Source: Minisyncoccota bacterium
Lineage (GTDB): Bacteria > Patescibacteriota > Minisyncoccia > Phycocordibacterales > GCA-2401445
Direction: 5' to 3'
Length of the DNA stretch: 64,000 nt
Assembly (NCBI GenBank): GCA_040879725.1
Contig: JBBDJV010000018.1
Span: 16,748-80,747, forward strand
Shown here: positions 1 to 10,279 of the stretch, in pieces
Numbering within the stretch: the first letter of the stretch is position 1
Layout: every line of letters begins with the position of its first letter
The notes under the pieces: generated by a model
What the model saw: the letters and a program-made list of their open reading frames with translations, nothing else
Databases searched by the model: none
Told to the model about the DNA's origin: nothing
Translations under genes and position numbers: made by a program

Positions 1-150
1 AGCGTCGTATCCACCCTCGGTGCTTTTTTACAGAAACTTAAAGATCCATTATGCGTAATGTCTTATTCGGATGATTCCCATCCATCCTTTCCATTCTTGT
101 GGTGGCAATGTCCTGAAACTAGAACCGAAATAACTTGATTTCAAGTTGTC

Positions 151-384
151 TTAGCAGAAATGCCTCTTTAAAAACGCTCGTCCCGATCCTGACTTTAAAT
201 ATTTTTCGAATTCAAAGGCTTTATATTTGTCTTTGATAGCAAAATAAAATTCAAGACTTACTGGTAATCTTTGAGCTGTAGCTGGTACCTGCACTTTTGT
301 ATGGCGATCGATTCTATCTTTAAGATTGTCAGTGCAACCTATATAGAAACCATCTTTATATTTTAGACTATAAACGTAATACAT
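151..384 (-). CDS. Small GIY-YIG nuclease family protein
   Basis: YYVYSL...FYIGCTDNLKDRIDRH and A..FEKYLKSGSGR motifs of stand-alone ~80-aa GIY-YIG proteins. Confidence 0.9.
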   Translation of the reverse strand: MYYVYSLKYKDGFYIGCTDNLKDRIDRHTKVQVPATAQRLPVSLEFYFAIKDKYKAFEFEKYLKSGSGRAFLKRHFC

Positions 385-398
385 ATCTTTATATATTC

Positions 399-554
399 CC
401 GCCTTCGCTCGGCTTCTGCGGACCTCGTCACGCCGAAGCCAAGTTACAGGTGGTGTTTTCTGCGGACTGTGTCATACCGAAGCTTTAACCTACAGGTGGT
501 GTGTTTTTGCGGACATCGTCACGCCGAAGCCGAGCTACTGCGAGGCGAAGGCGG
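399..554. repeat. Nested inverted repeat enclosing three degenerate ~45-bp tandem units (REP-like)
   Basis: CCGCCTTCGC (399-408)/GCGAAGGCGG (545-554); GCTCGGCTTC (407-416)/GAAGCCGAGC (526-535); units starting TGCGGAC at 417, 461, 508. Confidence 0.8.
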
Positions 555-569
555 AAGGTAGGAGATTCG
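551..569 (-). repeat. 19-bp direct duplicate of the tRNA-Ser 3' end
   Basis: gcggaaggtaggagattcg at 551-569 is identical to 729-747. Confidence 0.85.
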
Positions 570-729
570 GGGTCAAGTTTCTAAGCTCGAAGACTCGCTA
601 AGAACTTCCTCCCCGGACTCGGCGCCCCACATAAGAATGTGAGGACCCGCGCCTCCGTCTTTCGAATCTCCAACATTCTCGCATTGATAATTCGCTCGGA
701 TGGTTCCCATCCATCCTTGCGAATCATTG

Positions 730-814
730 CGGAAGGTAGGAGATTCGAACTCCTGGTGGGTTGCCCCACACGTCGTTTCCAACGACGCGCACTAGACCAC
801 TATGCGAACCTTCC
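730..814 (-). tRNA. tRNA-Ser(GGA)
   Basis: Minus strand GGAAGGTTCGCATAGTGGTCTAGTGCGCGTCGTTGGAAACGACG...GGAGTTCGAATCTCCTACCTTCCG; anticodon GGA, long variable arm, TTCGAA T-loop; CCA not encoded. Confidence 0.95.
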
Positions 815-890
815 CTCTCCAAGCATTTCCTTGGATTTGGTACATAATAGTACAGTACACTCTGATTGAACAGACTGGTATACTATATAT

Positions 891-1205
891 ATGTCTTGCA
901 GTGGATGTCACGATGAAGGAGTTGAGAAAATGGACGAATCAGAAGTTCGTACGCGTTTATTAGTGCTACCTAAATGGATAACTCCAAACGGTTTTAGAAT
1001 AGAGAAAACTTTTTCATTTCCTGATTTTAAACAAGCGCTCGACTTCACTAACAAGGTGGGTGATATAGCTGAAAAAGAAGGTCATCATCCCGATATTTTT
1101 CTATCATGGGGAGTAGTACGAATCAGTCTTACCACTCACAGCGTCAAAGGAGTTACCGAACACGACTTCCTCCTCGCAGAAATGATTGAAAGTTTAACAT
1201 TGTAA
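891..1205 (+). CDS. Pterin-4-alpha-carbinolamine dehydratase family protein
   Basis: F.F.DFKQALDF.NKVG.IAEKEGHHPDI...THS..G.TEHDF.LA motif. Confidence 0.9.
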   Translation: MSCSGCHDEGVEKMDESEVRTRLLVLPKWITPNGFRIEKTFSFPDFKQALDFTNKVGDIAEKEGHHPDIFLSWGVVRISLTTHSVKGVTEHDFLLAEMIESLTL

Positions 1206-1212
1206 TAATGTT

Positions 1213-1473
1213 ATGGAAGCACGTTTTGATGTAGCTCTTATATTACAGGAATATCCCTTCTTTGTAATTCTTATCGTTATTCTCACTATTTGGTCTTTAG
1301 TTTGGAAAGGAATTGCTCTGTGGAAAGCCGTTAAACAAAACTCTCCGTACTGGTTTGTCGCACTCCTGATAATAAACACTGTGGGTATTCTTGAAATACT
1401 CTACATTTATATTTTTAGTAAAAGAAAAAAGTTTGTGCAAAAAAGCACCGAGGAAACCCCTCTGCATTTTTAA
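1213..1473 (+). CDS. DUF5652-like small membrane protein
   Basis: WSLVWKGIALWKA...WFVALL.INTVGILEILY pattern. Confidence 0.8.
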   Translation: MEARFDVALILQEYPFFVILIVILTIWSLVWKGIALWKAVKQNSPYWFVALLIINTVGILEILYIYIFSKRKKFVQKSTEETPLHF

Positions 1474-1484
1474 TCATAAAAAAT

Positions 1485-1508
1485 ACCCTCCGTTTCCGGA
1501 GGGATTTT
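1485..1508. terminator. Bidirectional intrinsic terminator
   Basis: CCCTCCG-tttc-CGGAGGG hairpin flanked by A/T runs between convergent genes. Confidence 0.6.
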
Positions 1509-1520
1509 GTGTTCGTCTAC

Positions 1521-1679
1521 CTAACCGGCAACGACGTAGTTCATAAGCGCCAGTGCTTCTTCTTTTGCAACAGGTCCTTGTGTTGCCTGGACCTTCACTG
1601 CGTGAAGGAAAAGTAGAACGTCTGCGCTTACCTCAGAGAGCAGTGGTTGATTTGTTGATTTATCGTCATTCATACTCAT
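1521..1679 (-). CDS. 52-aa hypothetical protein downstream of the desaturase (not in ORF track)
   Basis: Own translation MSMNDDKSTNQPLLSEVSADVLLFLHAVKVQATQGPVAKEEALALMNYVVAG*; fills the gap between the desaturase stop and the terminator. Confidence 0.5.
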   Translation of the reverse strand: MSMNDDKSTNQPLLSEVSADVLLFLHAVKVQATQGPVAKEEALALMNYVVAG

Positions 1680-1694
1680 CACACAGTACCCCAA

Positions 1695-2447
1695 TCACCG
1701 TATACTGGCAAATCCAAACCTTTTGAGGAAACGCACCACTGTATACCCCCAGTCAAACTCATTCTCTTCCCTAAAAGCGAAGTTGGGTGACGAAGGTTTG
1801 CAATGATGATTATGGTGATTTGATTCACCTGCTGTGATGATACTCAACACGACACGTACCCACGATGGTCCGTTATCGAGTATGTTTCTCGAGTAATCCC
1901 GAGTATGTGCATGTGCAACATGCGCGCTGTGACCTAGTCCATTGATAATACCCGCGGCCCAAAAAGGTATCCATACAGACTGAATCAACCAAACAAATAC
2001 TCCCACCGAACCGAAAAGGAAGATGTTCAAAAGCAAGTTGAGAAACACCCCAAGATGCTTGATCACCCGCTTTGATGTAATGTCCGGCCTCGCCGAGAGT
2101 TCTGCTTGAATTTGCGGACGAAGCTTTCTCGCAGCTCGCGTATAGTAGAGGACTCCAAAGAGAACAATTCTCCACTTACCTTCATTTCGCGGACTGTGCG
2201 GATCATTCGGACCGTCCGCTGGTGCTTGGTGATGTTCTTTGTGCACCACCACCCACTCCGCGGGAACCATTCCCGTTTGAAACCAAATGATGAACTTAAA
2301 AAACGACCGTACCACTGGATGCAGGGCAATGGCGTTGTGTGTGTATTCTCGATGAAGATAAAGACTTACCGAGAGCGATGAGAGATGTGTTGTCACAAGG
2401 ACATACACGGTGAGTATAACCCACCATATGAGTGAATATTTTTCCAT
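1695..2447 (-). CDS. Membrane fatty acid desaturase (delta-9/DesA-like)
   Basis: Three His boxes HREYTH, HKEHH, HHNHH; DPHSP; WAAGIINGLGH; EFDWGY. Confidence 0.9.
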   Translation of the reverse strand: MEKYSLIWWVILTVYVLVTTHLSSLSVSLYLHREYTHNAIALHPVVRSFFKFIIWFQTGMVPAEWVVVHKEHHQAPADGPNDPHSPRNEGKWRIVLFGVLYYTRAARKLRPQIQAELSARPDITSKRVIKHLGVFLNLLLNIFLFGSVGVFVWLIQSVWIPFWAAGIINGLGHSAHVAHAHTRDYSRNILDNGPSWVRVVLSIITAGESNHHNHHCKPSSPNFAFREENEFDWGYTVVRFLKRFGFASIR

Positions 2448-2496
2448 AATAAAAAGTACAGTTGAATCTGTACTTAGTATACCTCAAAAATATATT

Positions 2497-3396
2497 CTAC
2501 TTTCCGCCCAATAATGCATTGATCCTTTCTTCAGCAGGAGGATGTGTCATAAATAGCTTTGTTAGAAAACTCGCCTTTTTAGTTCCCTTAAACGGATTAG
2601 AGATGAAAAGGTGTGCTGTCGCATGGTTAGCGCGAGTAAGCGGTATGGTAGAACCAGAAATTTTCTGCAATGCTCGCGCGAGTCCTTCAGGGTACCGTGT
2701 TAAAAGGGCACCTGAAGCATCCGCAAGAAACTCCCGCTTTCGAGACACTGCGAGTTTTATAAGAGTCGCGATAATTGGCGACAATATAACAAATATAATT
2801 CCAATAACTAGCAGTATCATTCCCATCTTGCCGTCTCCTCTGTCTCTTCCTCCATGACCGTACAAACTCATTCGAAGGAAAAAATCCGCGACAAGTGTCA
2901 CGACACCAACAAGCGTCACGACAATAGTCATGACTAGAATATCTCTGTTTCCAACATGCGCAAGCTCGTGCGCGACAACTCCCTCTAACTCACTTCTATC
3001 CAAAAGTGAAAGAAGTCCTGTTGTAACCGCAACCGCAGAATGTTCTTTATCTCTCCCTGTTGCAAAGGCATTGGGAGAAGGATCGTTGATAATATAGAGC
3101 TTTGGCATGGGAAGCCCCGCGGTAATGGAAAGATTTTCGGTAATATTCCAGAGATCAGGATACTGTTCACGTGTTACCGGTTTTGCTCCCGACATAGAGA
3201 GCACTAATTTATCCGAGTACCAGTAGCTTCCGATATTAGCAAGAACACTAAATACAACAGCAATAACTAAAATAAGATAGCTATCGTAGTAGTATGAAAG
3301 AAACCAACCAAGCGCTACTACAACAGCAAGAAAAGCCCCCATGAGTAACCACGTCTTCCTGACATTCGAATCTTGTTGTGTGTAGAGTGATGCCAT
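2497..3396 (-). CDS. htpX: M48 zinc metalloprotease HtpX
   Basis: PNAFATG, HELAH, SRKREFLADA, THPP..ERI. Confidence 0.95.
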   Translation of the reverse strand: MASLYTQQDSNVRKTWLLMGAFLAVVVALGWFLSYYYDSYLILVIAVVFSVLANIGSYWYSDKLVLSMSGAKPVTREQYPDLWNITENLSITAGLPMPKLYIINDPSPNAFATGRDKEHSAVAVTTGLLSLLDRSELEGVVAHELAHVGNRDILVMTIVVTLVGVVTLVADFFLRMSLYGHGGRDRGDGKMGMILLVIGIIFVILSPIIATLIKLAVSRKREFLADASGALLTRYPEGLARALQKISGSTIPLTRANHATAHLFISNPFKGTKKASFLTKLFMTHPPAEERINALLGGK

Positions 3397-3950
3397 TAAA
3401 ACTTCACTTCAACATTCTCACGCTCCACTGCTTCTTCTATTTCAAAGAATTCCATTTCTTTGAAACCAAACATATTTGCAATTATATTTGCCGGAAACAC
3501 CTGAACCGCAGTGTTAAGGTCACGCACATTTGTGTTATAGAACCGACGAGCAGACTGAATCTTATTTTCAGTATCTGAAAGTTCTCGCTGAAGCTCAAGA
3601 AAATTTGTATTCGCTTTTAGATCTGGGTATGCCTCTGAAACAGCAAAGAGTGACTTCAAAGCATCTGAGAGCATATTCTCTGCTTGACCTTGTTCTGCGA
3701 CAGTACCAGCGCTGATAGCCTGTGCTCGCGCTTTGGTAACATTTTCAAACACCTGACTTTCATGCGTCGCGTATCCCTTTACGGTATTTACCAAGTTAGG
3801 GATAAGATCATATCGGCGCTTCAGCTGAACATCGATATCTGACCATGCTTCCTTGGCACGGTTTACCATGCGAATAAGTTTGTTGTACGAGAGCATTACC
3901 CAAAGTCCCGCAACAACAACAACTGCAATTACTACGTATAAAATATTCAT
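3396..3950 (-). CDS. lemA: LemA family protein
   Basis: [41 protein letters not shown]. Confidence 0.95.
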   Translation of the reverse strand: MNILYVVIAVVVVAGLWVMLSYNKLIRMVNRAKEAWSDIDVQLKRRYDLIPNLVNTVKGYATHESQVFENVTKARAQAISAGTVAEQGQAENMLSDALKSLFAVSEAYPDLKANTNFLELQRELSDTENKIQSARRFYNTNVRDLNTAVQVFPANIIANMFGFKEMEFFEIEEAVERENVEVKF

Positions 3951-3983
3951 ATTAATCTATTAGTTTCTAACACCTCTAAGTAT

Positions 3984-4019
3984 ACAAAAAACCGCTCGCA
4001 TATGCGAGCGGTTTTTTGT
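3984..4019. terminator. Perfect palindrome / intrinsic terminator of the large surface protein gene
   Basis: ACAAAAAACCGCTCGCAT/ATGCGAGCGGTTTTTTGT. Confidence 0.7.
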
Positions 4020-4043
4020 TGCTTCTTTTCTAGAAAAACTACA

Positions 4044-7000
4044 TCATTCCCATTCCTCCGCCCATTCCTCTCCCCCCTGCATACTAAGCAGCTGCTCCGT
4101 CAACTCCTCCACCAACTTCAATAACTCAGCAATCTGTGTCTTAAGTACCTGTATCTGTGCTTGGGTAGCAACATCAGTTGGAGTGATACTCGGAGATGTT
4201 CCTCCTACTAACTGTTGGTTGAGATATCCTCGTGTCTGTGGTCCCACAAGTCCATAGGAAGAAGTATCGGCAAGACCGTTGTCTTGTTGGAAGCGGGTGA
4301 CGGCTGACCTTGTAGCGGGTCCAAAGTAGTCAGTCTCGTTTGAGAGTGATCCTGGTCCACTTTCTGCCACAGTGTACCCTTGTGCGTTTAGGAACTCCTG
4401 AAGAGCACGGACGTCTGGGTGGCGGGTACCGAGCTGGAGTGGTGCGGTGAAAGTATAGGAAATGGATGTGGTTGGTGGAGCGAGTGTGGGAGTGGCAGGA
4501 GATGAAGTACGTGGTGCCGTATATTTCTCTGCAATGATGCGGTTCACTGTAGCTCTCGTGCGTGACCCCACAATACCGTACCCTGTTGATGCTGGAGTAC
4601 CACTTGAAACGACTCCTTCTTTCGCTTGGAAAGAACGGACAGCGTTCTCGATAGTCTTGTCGTATAGGGTGGTGGTGTAGGTGGAAGTGAGATGACCTTC
4701 TTCCTTGAGGAAGGTGGTTAGAGTGACGAGGTCGGGAGAAGCAACACCTTCATAGAGAAAGGTGGTTAGTGGAGTGAGGGTACGAGTGGGTGTGGGTGGA
4801 AGTGGTTCGTTCTCTGTATCAGTGGTGGAAACGATACCTCCGCCCACACTTGGAACTGGTGGAGTGTATCCTCCACCAGTTCCAGACGAGACGGGAGTGG
4901 TGCCACTGCCAGAGGTGGAAGTGTTGCTTGTGGTGTTAGGTGTAGGGGTGGTGGTGAAGGAGGTAGGGGTACTGTCGGTGTTGAGAGTACAGGAAGCAGT
5001 GGTACCTCCGTTTGACCCCAGACATGACCAAAGATGGCTTGTTGTGGTGTCAATTCTGTCTGAAAGAGTTCCCGAAAGACAGATGTTGTTTTGCGTACCG
5101 CATGATCCAGAAATAGGAGGTGGTTCCGACCCACTAGTCACTCCAACCGCACAGAAACCTGTCCCTGCAGCACGAATAGCATTCCAATTATTCTCAACAG
5201 CCCAGGTAAGATATCCTGGTGTTAGCTTTACATTATCTCTTGCGGGAAAACGTCCGCAGGTCTTACCAGGCTGACAGGCAAAATCTGTAGGTGAATTGTA
5301 GTAGGCCAAGTCCTTATCTAAGATACACATCCCAGGATTATCAGGGTCAGGTCCCCAGGTTACTGTTCCAGTATTACTCAATCCATAATAACTACATCCA
5401 GTACGACGATATGCATCGCAAGAAGCAGGTTCGCGCGGATCAGGTGGAGCACAGGGATCTGGTTGAGTCTGGATTCCCTGACCTACAATACGATCCATAT
5501 ACTCTGTAAATGCCGGGTAATTTACTATCTCGCAGGCCTGAGGTATAAGAGATAAAGTTGTCATGAATCCTTTATATGGACCCGTAGTCACACCTATGTA
5601 TGCCGTTCCAGGAAGATTCTCTGGCCCGTCTATGAATCCGTATGGATCCTGACTAGTCCTCCTACCACCACTAGTGTTGCAAGTTCCTGTCGCGCCATCG
5701 AAGCACTGTGAGCACCCTCCATCGAACCCCAGTATCTATTCAGGTCACTGCCTACACCCGTACTCGACAAGGCGTCTTTCGTTGAATCTCCCCATATCGG
5801 GCCGTTATGTCCAATATTTATCTGCTCCAATTCTTGTGGAGCGAAACCTGTCTCCAGAAGAGACAATGTAGTGTTCTTGAGGACATTAGCATAGGAATTA
5901 TCCTTCGCTAATGCAGCAAAGAAGACCACTGGCGGAAACTTGCCAGTACCCTGTCCCGCACCACCACCATAACCCCTAACCCTGGTCATATCCTCATAGA
6001 CTGCGTCATAGATATCCTTTCCGTAAACAAGCATAGCTGCCAAAGCCGCTTTCTTCTCAGAATAAGTATTTGCACTCGAAAATAGTTTCATTTGATTATC
6101 AGACCACGCACTAGCAACACCAGAAGCATAATCACTGACTACATAACTAGCACGGAAAGCACGACCGCCCTCTGAAAATGAACGACTTGTAGGGTGAAGT
6201 GGTGTTGAAATACTAAATATTTCAGTACTATGTGACCATCTCTTTCTTATGACCTCAAAACCATCAACATTGGTACCCGAGAAATAATTAACAGATGGAA
6301 GCCTGGAAAAGTCAAAATCACTCATTGACATGAGTTTTTTCAGATTCTCATCAATACTAGGACGTAAAATATCTGCGCCGTTGCCAGGTGGTATTTGCTG
6401 TAACACGGTCACTACGTGATATGCCCCGACACATGAGCCTGATATAGCTCTTGTACCACAACCTACAGTGCGCTCAGCGACAGCAACAAGTGAAATATCA
6501 GCTGGGTATACCTTGGGAAGTTGCTCTAAAATATTTTCGCTAGTGTTTTGGTTTCCGTAATTTTTTGATAGAAATCCAATAGACTCAATCCGTGGATTCT
6601 CATCTAGGTATAGATTACCGCCACCTGAAAGTGATACAGACTGCAGCCTAACACCTGACTGTCCACTAGCTGGCGAAACCCACCAGTCGCCGTTCGCAAA
6701 TTTTCCACAGTATGGGGTACCACCCGTAGTATCAAATGTCCAACTAAATGTTACCGGGTTAACAGTAGTATTAATACTAGAACACTTACCTGTCTGAGTA
6801 GACGGCACTGGTGATTGACTCACTTCTGCGGTAAATGTAGCAGTAACTGATACATTAGATGATAGTGTGATGGTGCACGCACCGGTACCAGAACATCCTC
6901 CACCAGACCAACCAGAAAAGATAGATCCTGAAGCAGGACTTGCGGTTAGAGTAGATACTGTTCCTGAAGTAACACCTGAGATTGAGCAAGATGATCCACA

Positions 7001-8065
7001 GTTGATAGAGCCGTTTGAAGAGGTAACAGTTCCTCCTCCGCTTCCTACTTTGGTGATACTAAGATTGTGTGATGAAGAGGTTGTCGGTGTGTCCAAAGAA
7101 CAGGAAGCAGTGGTACCGCCATTTTCACCGAGACAACTCCAGAGATACTGAGTAGGGTTCTGAGTGGTGTTAGACAAAGTGCCAAATGTGCAATTATTTT
7201 GAGTTAGACCACAAGAGCCATTGGTGGGATTAGATGTAGGTAAACCCTCGCTTGTGTATGTATATATTTCAGCAACTTCGCTTGCGGTAAGTGCTTGACG
7301 ATATATACGAACATCATCAATGATTCCGGTAAAGTAGCTACCCGGATTCTGGTATTGAAAATTACGTCGATGAGCACCAACAGAAGGTGCTGTGATAAAT
7401 TGTGGGTAATTAACAGTATCCGCCGAAGATCCGACTTCTACCCCATCTACGTACAACCTTCGAAAAGTCGATGATTCAAATACAACCACAAGATGATGCC
7501 ACAGTCCATCCGCAACAGACACACCCATAACTGTAGACTGAGACGAACCATTGCGAGTGCTCGCGAAGGCAGTTCCGTTACTTACTCCGAGCTCAAGATA
7601 GTGATCTCTATTGTTGCTACGGTAGAGACCAATGGCGACCATGGTGTTGGAGTTGGTAGCGGTTTTTACCCATGCCTGCAACGCTACGGGATAACTACCT
7701 GCTGGGATAGTAGTCATTGAAACATATGCGCTTGATTTTAACTCAATCGCCCCACTCCCAACCTTCCCACTCGTCCATGTCGGACCATTTACTAACGTAC
7801 CCGTATTACTATTACCAGAAGAGTCGTTAGCGGTCGTACCTGATCCGTCATCAAACGTATAGTGAGCAACAAGACCAGAACTAGCACCACTTACTTGTGC
7901 GAGGTTGTTTGTTTGAGTGAGGAGTGAAAGGACTTGCTGTCGGAGTGACTGAAGGAGTTCAGTCATATCAGTAAGTACGTTTGCATGAAGTACAGTAGTT
8001 GGAGAAAGGAATACAACTAGAGCACACAAACTAATAATAGAATGCCTGGAAAACGGTTTATTCAT
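4044..8065 (-). pseudogene. Large secreted surface protein (~1340 aa) split by one frameshift near 5633-5735: LamG/ConA, Cys repeats, InlB-B-like repeat, unknown core, two peptidoglycan-binding domains
   Basis: Signal peptide; LVAHYTFDDG...G.IDDVRIY LamG; FSGWSGGGCSG repeat; AV..FQ...G.VG..TR PG_binding_1 x2; the downstream frame is open well upstream of 5591 (SQCFDGATGTCNTSGGRRTSQDPYGFIDGP). Confidence 0.75.
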
Positions 8066-8114
8066 ACGTAAATGATACCACATAAAAAAATCACCCCGAG
8101 GGGTGTTTTTTTAA

Positions 8115-9767
8115 TTACATCATTCCCATTCCTCCGCCCATACCTGATCCGCTACCAGCAGATTCTTGCTTTGGTTCTGGAATATCTGTAATTGCCACCT
8201 CGGTAGTGAGAAGGATTGCGGCAGCGCTCGATGCGCGCTCAATACCACTTCGAGTTACTTTCACCGGATCGATAATTCCAGCAGAAAGCATGTCAGCTAC
8301 CATTTCGTCTTTCAATGCATCGTACCCTATCATACCCTTTCCTTTTTGTATCTCAGAAACGATAACCGCTCCGTCTTCACGACCTCCGTTGGCAATAATC
8401 TGTCTTAGTGGTTCTTCAAGCGCGCGAAGTACTATCTCATATCCAATCTTCTCTTCATTGGTAATATTTTTCGGTATAGACTTTCGCACCAGCTCACCAG
8501 CTCTCACAAGAGCGCTTCCTCCACCAGGAACAATGCCTTCTTCAATCGCTGCCTTGGTTGCATTTACCGCATCTTCAATCTTAAGCTTAAGATATTTCAT
8601 TTCAGTTTCGGTTGTAGCTCCCACGCGAATCACCGCTACACCTCCGGAAAGTTTTGCCATTCGCTCTTCAAGCTTCTCTCTGTCGAACTTTGATTCAGTC
8701 TGTGAAATTTGCTTTCGAATTTGCTCTATTCTACTTTGAATTCCCTGCTTCTTACCTTTTCCTCCAACAATCGTTGTGGTGTTTTTAGTTGCGATAACTC
8801 GGTTAGCGTGACCCAAGAAAGCAAGTTGCGCCTGTTCAAGCTTCAACCCAACATCTTCAGAAATAACCGTTGCACCTATTGTCACCGCGATATCTTCAAG
8901 ATTCTCTTTTTTACGGTCACCATATCCGGGCGCTTTTACCGCAAGAACATTAAATCCTCCTCGCAATTTGTTCAGAACAAATGTTGTAAGCGCTTCACCA
9001 TCCACATCGTCTGCTATTATTACCAATTCCTTTGTTCCGGTTTGCGCCAGCTTCTCAAGTAGTGGCAATACGTCTTTTACTACTGAAATCTTCTTGTCGG
9101 TTACCAAAATAGGGGCATCTTTAAACTCAGCTTCCATACGTTCCGCATTGGTAATCATGTACGGAGATACATACCCCTTCTCAAACTGAAGTCCTTCCAC
9201 AATATCTGACTCAACGCCAAATGACTGAGATTCTTCAACAGTCACCACACCGTCTTTTCCGACTTTATTTATTGTTTCTGCGATTATCTCACCTATCTCA
9301 GCAGACTCCGCAGAAATAGTTGCAACATTTTTTATTTCACTCTTACTCTTTTCAGGAATTGGCTTAGCAATACTTTTAAGTGCTTCCACAACATCTCGTG
9401 ATGCACGTTCAATACCGTTTCGTACTCCCATTGCATTTACACCAATACGTGTGTGTTTCAAACCTTCACGCACTAACGCGTCTGTCAAAATAGTTGCTGT
9501 TGAAGTTCCGTCACCTGCAACATCGTTTGTTTTTGTCGCCACTTCTTTTACAATTTCCGCTCCCATATTTTCAAACCTGTCTGGAAGTGTGATGTCACGC
9601 GCGATTGAAACACCGTCGTTTGTAATCATGGGTGCTCCGTATCCTTTATCAAGGACAACATTTCTACCTCGCGGACCTATTGTTGCTCGTACCGCGTCTG
9701 CTACAATCGACACTCCTTTTGCGAGTGCTACTCGTGCATCTTCGTTAAACTTTAGTTGTTTACTCAT
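8115..9767 (-). CDS. groEL: Chaperonin GroEL
   Basis: TNDGVSIA, AGDGTSTAT, GGGMGMM tail. Confidence 0.99.
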   Translation of the reverse strand: MSKQLKFNEDARVALAKGVSIVADAVRATIGPRGRNVVLDKGYGAPMITNDGVSIARDITLPDRFENMGAEIVKEVATKTNDVAGDGTSTATILTDALVREGLKHTRIGVNAMGVRNGIERASRDVVEALKSIAKPIPEKSKSEIKNVATISAESAEIGEIIAETINKVGKDGVVTVEESQSFGVESDIVEGLQFEKGYVSPYMITNAERMEAEFKDAPILVTDKKISVVKDVLPLLEKLAQTGTKELVIIADDVDGEALTTFVLNKLRGGFNVLAVKAPGYGDRKKENLEDIAVTIGATVISEDVGLKLEQAQLAFLGHANRVIATKNTTTIVGGKGKKQGIQSRIEQIRKQISQTESKFDREKLEERMAKLSGGVAVIRVGATTETEMKYLKLKIEDAVNATKAAIEEGIVPGGGSALVRAGELVRKSIPKNITNEEKIGYEIVLRALEEPLRQIIANGGREDGAVIVSEIQKGKGMIGYDALKDEMVADMLSAGIIDPVKVTRSGIERASSAAAILLTTEVAITDIPEPKQESAGSGSGMGGGMGMM

Positions 9768-9795
9768 TGTTGATTTTTCTTAGCTGATAAATTAA

Positions 9796-10116
9796 TTATT
9801 CAATAATTCCCAAAATTCCACTTTCTGAAACAATTTGATACTCAACACCATCTACCTTTACTCCATCGCCCCAAGAGAAAAGCACTCTATCACCTTTCTT
9901 TACCGTGAGAGGAATCTTTGTACCGTCTTCTGTTATTCTTCCTTCTCCAACAGCAACCACGATACCTTGTTTTGCTCCACCATTCTCTTTAACCGTCTCC
10001 GGTATATATATTCCGGATGCTGTTTTTCGTCCGCTTTCTTCCTTATCTTCCGTTATAAGTACGCGGTCACCGAGTGGACGAACCTGCGGACCTTTTTGTG
10101 TTTGTTTCTTTACCAT
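9796..10116 (-). CDS. groES: Co-chaperonin GroES (start revised to MVKK)
   Basis: RPLGDRVLI, TASGIYIP, VVAVGEG, VKKGDRVLF. Confidence 0.97.
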   Translation of the reverse strand: MVKKQTQKGPQVRPLGDRVLITEDKEESGRKTASGIYIPETVKENGGAKQGIVVAVGEGRITEDGTKIPLTVKKGDRVLFSWGDGVKVDGVEYQIVSESGILGIIE

Positions 10117-10176
10117 AGTGTTATCAAGCAATATTATTAAGCTAATAAAGCGTAGCCATCTACGCGAAGTGCACAC

Positions 10177-10205
10177 ATTATACGAGTCTGATTTTCTTGT
10201 GTCAA
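10177..10205 (-). promoter_or_regulatory. Consensus sigma70 promoter of groES-groEL
   Basis: Minus strand TTGACA-17 nt-TATAAT. Confidence 0.8.
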
Positions 10206-10279
10206 AATATCGAGTGTTTTCAAAGACCTTTTTACTATAAACTTGCAAAATTTCTCTCACTTGCTATACTCTTCTCGAT

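Noticed and set aside
399-554. CRISPR array
   Set aside because: Units are degenerate tandem copies without unique spacers of regular length; no cas genes in the window.
573-869. ORFs 573-782, 581-769 and 639-869
   Set aside because: They overlap tRNA-Ser and its repeat trailer; no protein-like features.
10145-10176. CIRCE element upstream of groES
   Set aside because: Only a weak GCACT...GCTA resemblance; it does not fit TTAGCACTC-N9-GAGTGCTAA.
8166-10240. Antisense ORFs within groEL/groES, and similar shadow ORFs across the window
   Set aside because: Shadow frames of confidently identified genes.
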